A stretch of 63,856 nt of DNA, filler included, from Octopus bimaculoides (lineage: Eukaryota), in assembly GCF_001194135.2 (NCBI RefSeq). It is 5 parts of 5 records of this genome, joined end to end, with 100 filler letters (N's around TTAATTAATTAA, not from the genome) between each part and the next. Parts side by side here need not be neighbours in the genome. Positions count along the whole stretch, not along the records: positions 1 to 24,373 come from NC_068981.1; 4 more parts are not named here. The stretch is one strand, 5' to 3'. Both the position numbers and the translations under genes were made by a program. Shown here one piece after another: positions 12,421 through 24,176 of this stretch (position 1 is its first letter; every line of letters starts with the position of its first letter). The notes under the pieces were generated by a model. That model saw only the letters and a program-made list of their open reading frames with translations, was not told the DNA's origin and made no database searches.

Positions 12421-12511
12421 CCCTGATGCAGTAACAAGCTCTGGCACTCATAACTTCTGATCTTGACTGATTGGAAGTGTTATCATGTACATGTGTCTTG
12501 GTCTCTCATTC
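12420..12511. mobile_element. 92-bp internally deleted derivative of the family D element, flanked by (AAT)n
   Basis: CATGTAC..GTCTTGGT matches 51304-51326 and CTCTCATTC-AATAAT matches the terminus near 51820-51830. Confidence 0.6.
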
Positions 12512-12533
12512 AATAATAGTACTGATAATGATG

Positions 12534-12608
<75 letters not shown>
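12534..12608 (+). repeat. (AAT)n microsatellite
   Basis: About 25 units. Confidence 0.97.
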
Positions 12609-12619
12609 GTAATAACAAC

Positions 12620-13594
12620 AACAAAAGCTACAAAAAACAAGAGCTGTAAGAAACAACAAAAGCTGTAAAACAACTGAAGTAAAAACTAAAATTGGAACAG
12701 CAACGGATCATGATAAAACGATGTCAAGAAAGTCCCTTCATGGAAAATACCGGGTTAAACTAAACGCAAAAGAAATAGACAAAGCAAAAGCCCAGCATTG
12801 GCTAAGAAGCTCAGGACTCAAAGCAGAGTCTGAAAGATTTTTAATTGCAGCACAAGACGAAGGCCTCCCACCAGAAATTACCAAAAACATATAACGAAAA
12901 GAAACGTAACAAGTAACTGCAGAATATGTGGAGAATGAGAAGAAACAATAAACCATAATGTGTCTGACTGCCCAGTCCTGGCTAAGAAGGAATATATTCA
13001 CAGACACGACAGAGCTGGGATCGATATACACTGGAAGCTATACCAACACTATGGAATAACAACAGGAAAAAAAGGTATAGGCATACGCCAGAAAAGGGTC
13101 ACGGAAAATGAGAAAGCAACCATACTATGGAATATGCCAATACGCATAGATAGAGAAATTAAGGTCAGTAGGCCGGATATAGTTGTATCAGATCATCAAG
13201 ACAAAAACGTTTTCTAATCAATGTAGCAATACCAACAGATGATAACGTTTCTCTAAAGGAAATGGAGAGACCTTCAAAATACAAAGACCTGGGAATAGAG
13301 GTAACTCGAATGTGGAATCTAAAAACAGAAACAATTCCTATCATAATAGACGCATTAAATATGATAAAAAATATTCAGCCAAATGCATAATAAAAATATC
13401 AGGACTAACAAATATATATAACATAGAGAAAATAGCACTGCAAGGCACTGCACACATCGTAAGTAATACAGTAACAATAAGAGCATCAATAGAGTAACAA
13501 TAAGAATACCACAACCAGCCACAGTACATACCCAAGGCACACAGAGCTGCACTCGGCTGTGCAGTGAAAGCACATGATAAAATTAAAACTACTA

Positions 13595-13595
<1 letters not shown>
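12620..13595 (+). mobile_element. 5'-truncated R4/Dong-like element: CCHC knuckle, RLE endonuclease and 3' UTR, between two (AAT)n tracts
   Basis: HGKY, WLRSSGLKAESE, CRICGE*EETINHNVSDC (CX2CX8HX4C, 12918-12971), RHDR, RPDIVV...INVAIP...SKYKDL; 3' AAAACTACT then (AAT)n. Confidence 0.93.
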
Positions 13596-13626
<31 letters not shown>

Positions 13627-13708
13627 ATTGAACTTAGAACGAAAAGATGGAGGAAATGCCGGCACGCGTTTGGCCAGGTGTGCTAACGATTCTGCCAGTT
13701 AACACCTT
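13627..13708 (-). mobile_element. Family B SINE head fragment
   Basis: Reverse complement of CTGGCAGAATCGTTAGCAC...GTTCAA. Confidence 0.75.
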
Positions 13709-13829
13709 AATAATAGCAGTTTATAACGTGCGGAAAGAAACCCTGTGAGACCTGTGACAGCAGGCTGCTGTCCGCTCTCACAGAATCTACCAGAACAAAC
13801 AAGACCGAGCGTTCGGAGAAGAAAAACAA

Positions 13830-14345
13830 CAACAGCCTCATGAGATAGAGAATAAGAAGCCAAATATAGTCTTAATTGAGAAAGAAAACAAACTATGCTG
13901 GATCATAGATTTAGATGCCCAGCTGACAACAAGGTATGCGATGAGGAAGAAAGAAAAGTTGAGAGATATGACAGGTTAACTTGAGAAATTAAGCAGTTGT
14001 GGTCGATGATATAGGTAGCAGTAGTACCAATAATTATCGGAACCCTGGGAACAGTGAGCAAAAATCTCAAGAAGTACGTGGAACAAATATGGGCTGCAAT
14101 AAGGGTGGAGCACTTACAGGAAACAGCACTGGAAGACTGCATGTGTAACGAATTCTAGAGCTTAATGAAATACTTAGCCGAAAGTAAGGAAACCCAGCTA
14201 GCGAGAATTAGGAACGAGTGAGTATTGAGAGCAGCGAAAATAGGGCGAACAAAGGAAGAAGTACAAAAAGGACATGAAGAAGAATTACGCAACTAGGGAT
14301 TACACAATCAATTCCATGTAGCCACAACAGGAGTTGCTGGAAGAA
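13830..14345 (+). mobile_element. R4/Dong-like fragments of another subfamily (RLE C-terminus, then a post-RT segment)
   Basis: KPNIVLIEKENKLCWIID, VAVVPIIIGTLGTVSKNLKKY; homologous to 19860-20105; then GLHNQF-type segment. Confidence 0.8.
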
Positions 14346-14349
14346 ATAG

Positions 14350-14700
14350 CCTATCTCAACCGCTCAAGACCACATATCTCTTCTTGTCACATATGCATTG
14401 AGCATTCTCTCATGTTGCAAAAGGAAAGTGACAATTTATCAAGAGTTAACTTTCATGACAGATGTCCACAAGCTTCACCCATTTACTTCTCTGAGTCAAG
14501 TGTAGGGGTTCAAATGCACCTTATAATTGACACCTGTCTCCTCGTCATATACTTGATGCTAAACATCAGGAAGACACAACCATAGGTTCTGTAGGGAGGG
14601 TACCTTCCCACAAATGCTGAACAAGGCCTTCTCCAGTTGCTTTTGAAGGATAAATAAAATACTACCACCCAACCATTTTTCAGTATGTACAAATATGTGA
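14350..14700 (-). mobile_element. Degraded piggyBac-like transposase core fragment
   Basis: Across frameshifts: EGLV-AFVGRYPPYRTY, FSIKY, DEETGVNYK resemble piggyBac DESxVxFxGR...RQY and GIKxxxLCDxxTGY. 14984-15230 (-) may be a Cys-rich C-terminal piece but is out of order. Confidence 0.5.
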
Positions 14701-15987
14701 GTCACTTTTTTTACAATTTCATTTCTCTTAAATAAATGTCTCAGGAAAGCAGAAATTCTTTTGCTTCATGTAAGTCCCGCAGACTGCCATGTTTTCTAGG
14801 ATTTTAGTAACGTCCAGCCTTTCTGTTATGCTTCCCAACACAGACAAACCGCGGGTGTCTCTCAAGAATGATTTTGTAAGTTTTCACTTAGCGGTGTGTG
14901 AAAATGTTGTTACCTGATCAGTTACTAACAGCTTCATCAATATTTTATTAATCGGGCATTATTAATGCTCATAGAATAATCGATTATTTATTTATTGAAT
15001 GTGCATTTAACAATGAATTCTCAATATCTTTTCTCTCCAAGTAAAGCCTGTCATGCTCTTTGCTACATTTTGCGAAATAGGACGGTCGCCTCCATCTGTT
15101 GTTCTTGTGGATGACACCACGAATGTATAGAAGACATACCTTATAGAAGGTAGGTCTTGTATGGAAGACCTTTATAGAAGACAGGTCACTAGGCAAAAGA
15201 TGGTCTAAATATTCAAGTGAACAAGTAGAAATAAATCAGTTATTATATCTCTACTAAGCAATGGGAAAATAATAATAACTACTGTAATTTCTACCATAAT
15301 GCTAATAATATGTATTATCGCGTGTTAGTAGCATATTAAGTTGATAGGAGTTAAATGAGTTCATTTTAAATGAAAATGTAAAGGAAATACAGTAATTGTA
15401 AAAATTTGTTTGAATAGCTTAGAGGCAAAATATTTCTCTTTACATTCATTAAATTATTATAGATGAAACAGTTTTTTTTTAATATATTTATTCTGCATTG
15501 GAAAAAAATTAGTGAGTTCAATAATAAACAAAATCCAATTCAAAGTATAATTCACTCGCCAAGATCCTACTTAGTTTAATTATATAAAACAAAGCCAAAG
15601 GTGTTTATTGAACTGTTCCTTGCGTTTTCCCTCTCTATTTTTCATTAAATCACATTCTCAAATCTAAGTACATATATACATAGATACATATGTTTTTGAA
15701 TGTGTATATATATATATATATATNNNNNNNNNNNNNNNNNNNNNNNNNNNNNNNNNNNNNNNNNNNNNNNNNNNNNNNNNNNNNNNNNNNNNNNNNNNNN
15801 NNNNNNNNNNNNNNNNNNNNNNNNNNNNNNNNNNNNNNNNNNNNNNNNNNNNNNNNNNNNNNNNNNNNNNNNNNNNNNNNNNNNNNNNNNNNNNNNNNNN
15901 NNNNNNNNNNNNNNNNNNNNNNNNNNNNNNNNNNNNNNNNNNNNNNNNNNTATATATGCATACATAAATATGCATATATTATGTATG

Positions 15988-16028
<41 letters not shown>

Positions 16029-16210
16029 GTGTTCGCATCATAATGTTCGTTTTTCTCCCTTTCTGATCTATTACATTTATTCTCAAGACATATTGTGCGC
16101 ATTCATTCAATTCAAGCATTAATTACTTCGCCTAGAGACACACCACTTTATGTCAGTGCCTCTCTCCTTTCATGTATACATATAAGCGTACACATCCACA
16201 TACACGCCAA

Positions 16211-16305
<95 letters not shown>
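16211..16305. repeat. (TATC)n(TG)n microsatellite
   Basis: Direct inspection. Confidence 0.95.
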
Positions 16306-16315
16306 CCATATATAC

Positions 16316-16570
16316 ATACAGGGTTCGATGAGTAAATAGTCACCATTTCATATTTTTAATTTTGCGCATGCACATTTTTGGTTTTTGATTTTGTCGACTA
16401 CACAGTATAGTAGGGTCAGTTGGGCACCGTCTGTGAAAGAAATAGCACCATCATGCAATTCACTCTGCCAGAAATTCGGAAACAATATGCTGTACTGATC
16501 CGCATTTACGCCGGAAGCACCAATGCGGACATTTCAGTGTGTTTGGGTGTCAATCTGAGGACAGTGCAAT
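16316..16570 (+). mobile_element. Tc1/mariner-superfamily 5' fragment (left end plus start of the transposase HTH)
   Basis: Starts TA-CAGGGT; MQFTLPEIRKQYAVLIRIYAGSTNADISVCLGVNLRTVQ is HTH-like; right TIR not found. Confidence 0.6.
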
Positions 16571-16699
16571 CTGATGACATGTACCGAGAGTCATTCATAT
16601 ATATCAGGTGAATTAATTTTATTTCACTTTTCAAGCTATACCCCGATATCACTTTCCGCTGTATCTGTATGAGTGGTATCATACAAATCACAAACAGCA

Positions 16700-17270
16700 A
16701 TAGCAAGAGTCTCTCTGAAATATGCCTCGATGTTAATCACCGAAAATTTTGCACATTATGTTAACGCTGTATTCCAGTTCTTCATTGATTTCCTAATAAA
16801 ATGTAAGATATTATCGGACACATATACCAACTCAAGACTTTATAAAACCCAGGAATGAGGGAACTTGTCATGCGTTTTCTTATAATCGATCCACGCCATA
16901 CCCAAATTAGTTTGCCTTTTTTTGCAGTTGTTCAGCACATTTCTGTCTATCAGAAGTTGAGCATTTGTCCCTCAGTTCTTCCTCCTACATCCCTTCTGTC
17001 CCACTAGCAGTTCCTTATTCATTTGCAAGAAGTTATACACATAATTAAATATTATTCGTGTCATCAACTACCACATCAAGGATGAGTAGCACATAGGCCA
17101 GTAATTATCTACAGTATTACATTTACTGAGATCCTTTTGACAATGAACCGTCTTACCTGTGGTCATCCCCTTTAAGATTTCCACCTCGTTGTTGATCATT
17201 TTATCCATTTGCGAATCTGTTCTTTTATGCAATGTTGGGAAATGTTTTAGCCAATACATTGTACCCCATC
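16700..17270 (-). mobile_element. R4/Dong-like reverse transcriptase fragment
   Basis: GMTTGKTV, NYWPMC, GQKGCRR, QLLIDRNVLNNCKKRQTNLGMAWIDYKKTHDKFPHSWVL. Confidence 0.88.
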
Positions 17271-17720
17271 CTGGCCGTGAAATGTTTGTCTGAATATTTT
17301 TTTATCATATCTAATGCACCTATTATGATAGGAATTGTTTCTGTTTTTTAGACTCCACATTAGAGTTACCTCTTTTCCCAGGTCTTTGTATTTTGAAAGT
17401 GTCTCCATTTCTTTTAGAGAAAGGTTGTCATCTGTTGGTATTAATACATCAAATAGAAAGCATTTTTCCCTCATGATCTCTGACAACTATATCTGACCTA
17501 TTCGCCTTCATTTCTCTATCTGTGTGTATTGGCATATCCCATAGTAAGATTGCTTTCTTTTTTTTGTGACCTTTTCTGGCGTGTGCCTATACCATCTTCT
17601 TTCTGTTGTTATTCCATAGTGTTGGCATAGCTTCCAGTGTATGGAGGTTCCAACTCTGTCGTGTCTGTGAATATATTCGTCCTTAGCCAGGACTGGGCAG
17701 CTAGAGTCAATATGATTTAT
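17270..17720 (-). mobile_element. 5'-truncated R4/Dong-like RLE fragment starting in the (AAT)n tail of the adjacent element
   Basis: SCPVLAKDEYIHRHDRVG, FDVLIPTDDNLSLKEMETLSKYKDL; same subfamily as 12620-13595. Confidence 0.9.
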
Positions 17721-17740
17721 TATTATTATTATTATTGTTC

Positions 17741-18475
17741 AGTAGTTTTATTTTTATAACGTGNNNNNNNNNNNNNNNNNNNNNNNNNNNNNNNNNNNNN
17801 NNNNNNNNNNNNNNNNNNNNNNNNNNNNNNNNNNNNNNNNNNNNNNNNNNNNNNNNNNNNNNNGCCGAGTGTTCTAGGGCGAGTGAAATATAAGAGATTT
17901 TACAGTATGACTGAAAGCTTGTGTAGGGCAAGAGGCGGTAGCGAAATATCTTCGTGTAATACAACACAGACATGTAAACTGATAGGGTTTTTCCTAGGAT
18001 GTGGGCAGTACTTGTCAGCACAAACTTTTGTATTTCTCTCCGACATGGTTCTCCTGGGATATTATCTAGATGTTTCTGACATCCCTTTTTTATCATACCA
18101 AGGGTACCCGCAATAACAGGAACAGTTTTCGTTTTAAGATGCCACATCTTTTTGTATTTCAATTTCCAAGTCCTTATATTTACTTAATTTGTCAAATTTC
18201 TTTACAGATATATTTTTATCAGTTGGAACATTTACATCTATTAGTCTACAATAACTTTCTTCTCTGTCTTTAATGACTATGTCTGGTCGATTAGCCTGGA
18301 TCGTTCTATCAGTGTTGACCTGAAAATCTCGTAGGATAGTAACATTTTTACCTTCAACAACTGGCTCAGGATGATATTCATACCAGTAAGCAGGAGTGCT
18401 GATTTTGTTGTGTTTACATATTTTCTGATGTAAATATACTGTCCTACCCTATCGAATATAAAAAAGAGCAAGTTT
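17741..18475 (-). mobile_element. R4/Dong-like 3' end (RLE plus 3' UTR), distinct subfamily
   Basis: RTIQANRPDIVIKD...LIDVNVPTDKNIS...KYKDLEIEIQKMWHLKTKTVPVIAGTLGMIKKG; ends AAAACTACTGAAC(AAT)n. Confidence 0.9.
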
Positions 18476-18479
18476 AAAA

Positions 18480-19150
18480 CATCACTAAACAGTTATGCCC
18501 GGAAACATAGTTACCAAAAAAATAGAGGTGATTTTTGATCCATCAGCCGACGATACGATAAATATATCCATTCGAAGAACAAATAAATACGTCTTCTGTT
18601 GTCACCGTCAATGCTTTGATGTCAAACCAAAAATCATGTCGCATCGGTCATCGTCCGGGACAAGGATCACGTTAACTAGTGACGAACAAGACTGGGGTCC
18701 AAAAGTCTGCTGCTGGAACGAACTCTCAAAAAACCGAACTACCAGGTAAGAACTAAGATAACCCTAACCCTAGACCTGTAGTGACACCACCAAAAACACG
18801 ACCTAAAGCGAAACGCATAAAATAGATTAGAGATGATTATAGAAGCGTGTTGAAAGCTTTCTCTACAGCCCAACTAAACCTAAACATTAATTTCATTGTA
18901 CAAGTATACGCTTCATGGAGAAACTTAGTAGGCAACGAAGTACGCAGATATATAGACGCAACTAAATTAAGTGATGTACGCAGAGACATCATTAAAATGA
19001 AAAGGTTAACTGACGCGTAAAATAGCCAAATTAGGACACAGATATCCTATGGAAGACGAAATGAAAACAGCAAAAATGTAGCTGAAATAGGTAACAGATG
19101 CACAGAACCCAATGTACGGGCAGTATATCCCAACGAGGAAGCTGAGGAAA
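18480..19150 (+). mobile_element. R4/Dong-like 5' region and ORF N-terminus
   Basis: RPKAKRIK*IRDDYRSVLKAF...RRYIDATKLSDVRRDIIKMKRLTD resembles R4/Dong N-termini. Confidence 0.65.
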
Positions 19151-19259
19151 GAATAACGAAGAACAGATATGCAGAAAAAGAAGAGAAAGTAGGCCTGCCT
19201 CAAGTACACCAGAAACGTTGGCGTTTCTCATATCGGCGGATCCTTTGTGTTTTGGCAAG

Positions 19260-19720
19260 GATATCTTGCTTTAGCTTTTCTTTTACCTCAGGTAAATCTT
19301 TTTCTGTAATGTATTTGCATAGTATTTAAGTTTTCTTCTTGTTACTTAGTAGTGTTGATTGTTTACTAATTTCGTTAAGAATTGACAGATCTTTTCTCTT
19401 TTTTTAAATTTTCGTTTTGTTTTTTTTTTGACATTATTTATCCACAGGGTTTGTTTGGGCGGTAAAACTCCTGTTTCGACGGGTTTGAGGGAGTATCCTG
19501 CTTCTTTCCTGGCTGCAGTGGCTGTTGCATATATTATGTCATTTAGCTCAGTGATATTGCCATTTGTTTCTGTGGCTATTAGTTCCGTGACGGCCAGGTT
19601 TATGCAATTTATTATTGATGTTGTTTTATTGTCAATTTTGATTGTTGTCATCATTGTAGGGTTTGCTACCCGGGTGTGTTTATTTGAGATTTTCATGTAA
19701 AGGTTTACCACAGTAGAACA
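19260..19720 (-). mobile_element. R4/Dong-like pre-RT segment, inverted relative to 18480-19150
   Basis: ITELNDIIYATATAARKEAG...PKQTLWINNVKKK. Confidence 0.7.
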
Positions 19721-19859
19721 CCAACTCTAATTTGGTTGCCAATTTTGCCCTGTTTAACTTTCCGCAGGCCTCCCACAGACGCAGAGGATACACCGGCCAA
19801 CGCAAGGCAAGAGTGGCACCAATGCAGAGGTTACACCGGCCAATGCAGGGCAGGAGTAG

Positions 19860-20105
19860 CATCAATTTCTTCTCAGGATTTTTACTCAGTTTCCAGGGCT
19901 CCGACAATTATTGGTACTACTACCACCTTTTTCATCAACCACAACTGCTTAACCTCCCAAGCTAACCTCTCATATCTATCGACTTTTCTTTCTTCCTTAT
20001 CGCATACCTTGTGTCATCTGGGCATGTTATATCTATGATCCAGCATCGTTTGCTTTCTTTCTCTACGTTTAGTTTTCTATTCCCTATCTCGTAAACGCAC
20101 TGAAT
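19860..20105 (-). mobile_element. R4/Dong-like RLE C-terminal fragment
   Basis: CWIIDITCP, RYERLAWEVKQLWLMKKVVVVPIIVGALE; homologous to 13830-14140. Confidence 0.82.
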
Positions 20106-20235
20106 CATAAAATCCCACAAGGTCTTTGCATTATCATTTTCGATGATGCCTTCGGGTTTATGTTCGTACCATTTTTTTTTGCTCTGTTAAGTCCGTTATT
20201 ATTATTATTGTTGTTGTTGTTGTTGTTGTTGTTGT

Positions 20236-20366
20236 TAGATAATACAAAGAGCGCGATGCGATTGCACTTTTCGTTTTGAACTCGACAAATACACACTAGC
20301 TGTCGAAATATTGTTCAATCAATAAAGATATCTATTGCAATCGCATCGTGCTCTTCGTATTGTCTA
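20236..20366. mobile_element. 131-bp MITE-like foldback with about 30-bp TIRs and TA ends
   Basis: 20237-20266 matches the reverse complement of 20336-20365 at 27 of 30 positions; further inner pairing TCGACA/TGTCGA and TTGAAC/GTTCAA. Confidence 0.7.
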
Positions 20367-20499
20367 TTTACTTTTGTGAAGAGTTACGTCAATCCTTTTG
20401 AAATATCAAACTCAAGTAAATTGAGATGTTTGATTTTATGTTAGACTGAATAAGAGTTGGAGCATTTAGATTTACCAGTTGTAAATTTGAAATCTGAAG

Positions 20500-21600
20500 A
20501 CTGATGATGTCATTCTATCAAAGTTGACATGCTGGTTGGTCCCTGAAGCTGCAACATCTCCAGCACTTTCTAGATGGTGAGCAGGAGTGGTCGGTGTTTG
20601 TAAGATGCAGTTTCCCACAGTTTGTCTCTTTGATTGAGCTGCAGTCCTGGATCATGCATAGACCGAGGCAGGATGCTTGACGCCTAGAGTGTCGTTAGGC
20701 GTTCACAAACCTCTATTCGTCGGGGAATGCAGTCAGTGGAAATTCCGCTATGGGGTTCTATAGAGGCTTAGTGGCGGGTAAGTGCGACGACGTTCTTGAG
20801 GAGAATCTGGGCGTCGACGAATAGAATTTGGCTGGTCTGTTCTGGAGAACTTTCGGGTTGGGGCCTATGGATAATTTCTAGAAATCCTCGACCTGGCAGT
20901 GCTACCGGGGACGCTACCTGTTCGAAATAAACTCTTCAGGCACAGAAGTGCAGTCAGCCGGACTCGCCCGAGATGCACGCGGAGCGACAAAACCATCCTG
21001 CACGCCCTTGTCCAGTGTCCGAGTATTTCTAATATGTGGGTTTATGTCGAACACCTACTGTTGCGTGTAGGACGAATCCGACTACCGGCTGAGTTCATTG
21101 CGAGGATAGTCCCGCTGCCTTCCTTTAACCGGGAAGGGCAGGCTGTTTTTCTTTGCCTGGTGGCCTTAGCGAAAGAGGTTGAGTGGTTGACCAGATTGAA
21201 AGGGCTGAAGATAGATACTTTCCTCTTTGGCCCAAACTTCATCAATTTTTTCAAGTTTCCCTTGAAAAGGAATGTGAGGGCGGAGAGAGAATTTTGTTAA
21301 AAGGTGGCTGAATGTCACAAGAACGGTTCAAGTGAATGGGCCTAATCTAAGCATGTGTCTGTAAACAAAGTGGAAAGGCCACTTACCCTGGGGGTCAGGA
21401 CTGTTTTGGACTTGCAGGGTTTTCAAGGGCAGTACCAGGAGGTCCCCTACATTTGGGGAATTTTGTTGCTATATTCGATTGATTTTTTTTTCATTGTTTA
21501 CACGACCTTCATGTAACCCAACATTGTATTTGTCCTGTACTGTCCATAATGCTTTTTGTATATAAACCCTTTGTGGTTAATAAAGAAATTATTATTATTA
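20500..21600 (+). mobile_element. Tx1/L1-like LINE 3' fragment (post-RT region, zf-RVT CCHC, 3' UTR, AATAAA, (ATT)n)
   Basis: WQCYRG, LPVRNKLFRH, (C)PRCTRSDKTILHALVQCP; AATAAA immediately before the tail. Confidence 0.8.
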
Positions 21601-21659
21601 TTATTAGTAGTAGTAGTAGTAGTAGTAGTAGTATTGTTATTATTATTATTATTATTATT

Positions 21660-21822
21660 ATTCGTCTGCCGCTGCGTTCTGAGTTCAAATTCTGCCGCGG
21701 TCGACTTTGCCTTTCATCCTTTCGGGGTCGATTAAATAAGTACCAGTAACTCACTGGGATCGATGTAATCAACTTAATCCCATCCTCCAAAATTTAATAC
21801 CTTGTGCTTCCTGTAGAAAAAA
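21660..21822 (+). mobile_element. Family B SINE, 5'-truncated
   Basis: GTTCTGAGTTCAAATTC...GTCGACTTTGCCTTTCATCCTTTCGGGGTCGA...AAGTACCAG core. Confidence 0.9.
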
Positions 21823-22130
<308 letters not shown>

Positions 22131-22564
22131 CTTGACCAATTATAGATACTAAAATCGCACAATTGATCTTATTCCTCGTAGAATCCATGTGGGTAGCAGG
22201 TGACCACCTGTAACCTTAGATATCCACATGTTTACATTAAGTCATCAGGTGTTCGAAACCGATCTGATGTTCTTCCCTGTTCGTAAGAAGCCCTACAGGA
22301 CATTCAATTCTAATCTTTATCATTTCCTTATTTCACCACGTAGAGTCCCTAACGTAGAAATTATTACGGGTACAGATTTGTTATACGATTCAAAAATAAA
22401 ATTCACATTTGTGCACTTTTTGCATAGCTCAATACAACACATACTCCCCACGGTGATCGCTGAGAATAAAGCAACGAAGACAGCACATTTTTTTCCACCT
22501 GGTTGAAAATTCGGAATTTAAATACAGATCACTTTGATGAACGTGTAAGGAATGTCAAACAGAG

Positions 22565-22785
22565 TACCAATGGGGGGGGGGGGCTGAAAAGTTTCTTGCT
22601 TTAAGGTGTCGCAAAAGGCCTGGCTGGAGGCCCAAATTTCCGAAATCATTTTCAGGGCTTACAAAAACTTAAGGCCGCTGCAATAAGTGTGTGAATCTCA
22701 GTGTCTGTTGAATGACATCATAATTAACTGATCCTTCTGTATTTTCTTATATCCAAAGCCAGGAACTTTTAAGCACCCTCTCGTA
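22565..22785. mobile_element. mariner-derived MITE
   Basis: Left TAC...GGGGCTGAAAAGTTTCTTGCTTT and right AAAGCCAGGAACTTTTAAGCACCCTCTCGTA form imperfect TIRs with TA ends. Confidence 0.7.
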
Positions 22786-24120
22786 GAAGTGCAACGTCCT
22801 GGAGCTTTAGAGGGAAAGTATTTGACGTTATGTCAAATATTTTCCATGAGGCATGAATTAAAAAATACACTCTATGCTTATCACAGGTTTTTTCTTCTTT
22901 TTTCTAGAAAGGCCAGATTCAAGGGAATATATTAGGAAGTAAAGAATAGGAAACATGAACGTTTATCCATTTTCTTACTGTTGTATACAACTGATGTTAT
23001 ACATAACTTTGTTTCTCGTAGATTCTATATATCTAACGAATTTTACTGGTAATAGACTTGCGTTTTAGTCTTTTGCCTGGTTAACAGTTTCTCATTTATT
23101 GAATTAAAATGCAGTCGTTGCTTTTATCAAGGACACACTAAAACCCTAATCAGAAACTGAACTTGATACCTCCCTCCCTCTCCCCATCTCAGTCTCCCTT
23201 CTCTATTTCACGTATGGTCACGATGTTCATTTCTGCAGAAATGCAGAAAGGTTGAGTGAGGGACTAGCAACCTTTTCTCGCCGTACTGGAACTGTCTGTG
23301 GACGGAAGCATACTTTACCAGCAGGAAATAAAGAAAATAATGACTTTGTACTACATTTATCGAAATTGAATAGAAACAGATGTTGAGAAAGACAAAATGA
23401 AGGAACATTAAGACTCACCTCATATATATTATTTGTACGCTAGCAGCTTCGGTATAAATATATCAGTCTTGAATTAAATCAGAAATAAAGTCTTACCTTG
23501 CACAACTAATGCATATTACTTAACTATGTTGTGTTACTCAATGCAACATAAAAGATATTCTAGTAAAATATAAAGCAGGTAACTTGATGCGAGTTTGAAA
23601 GGGGATTTATAGAATACAAACATGGTAAGCATTGGATATCTCCAAATCGATTTTTCTATTCTGTCTTTTGTTATAAGTTCCTAGATTCCTAAAACCGTCA
23701 TTTAAGTTAGTAAGCTACAATATTATACTATGATGAATTACTTATATTTCAGACATTTAATACAGCGTTCGTATGAATCTCTTGCTTGTATTTCGATAAC
23801 ATTATACCGGCATTGTTATTATCACAACTAAATTAACTTCCCGAACGAAACGACACATCTATGCAAATATGTTTCTGCTTGTGTGTCTGTGTGTGTATGT
23901 AATTATATAAGTATCTTTCTCTCCTTCTCTCTCTTTATCTCCTTCTCTCTCTTTATCTCCTCCTCTCTCTATTTCCCTATCTATCTATCTATCTATCTCT
24001 CTCTCTCTCTCTATCTATTTTTAAAATTTTATTTATTTATTTATTTATTTTTTGAAAGAAAAGCTCTACAGTTGTATTTGTCCCCTCTGTGTGCAGCCCT
24101 GTGTGGCTAATAAAAGAAAG

Positions 24121-24176
<56 letters not shown>

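Noticed and set aside
23200-23505. Minus-strand donor-like GTGAGT and GTAAGA sites and acceptor-like CAGs
   Set aside because: No coherent exon or recognisable peptide; expected by chance.
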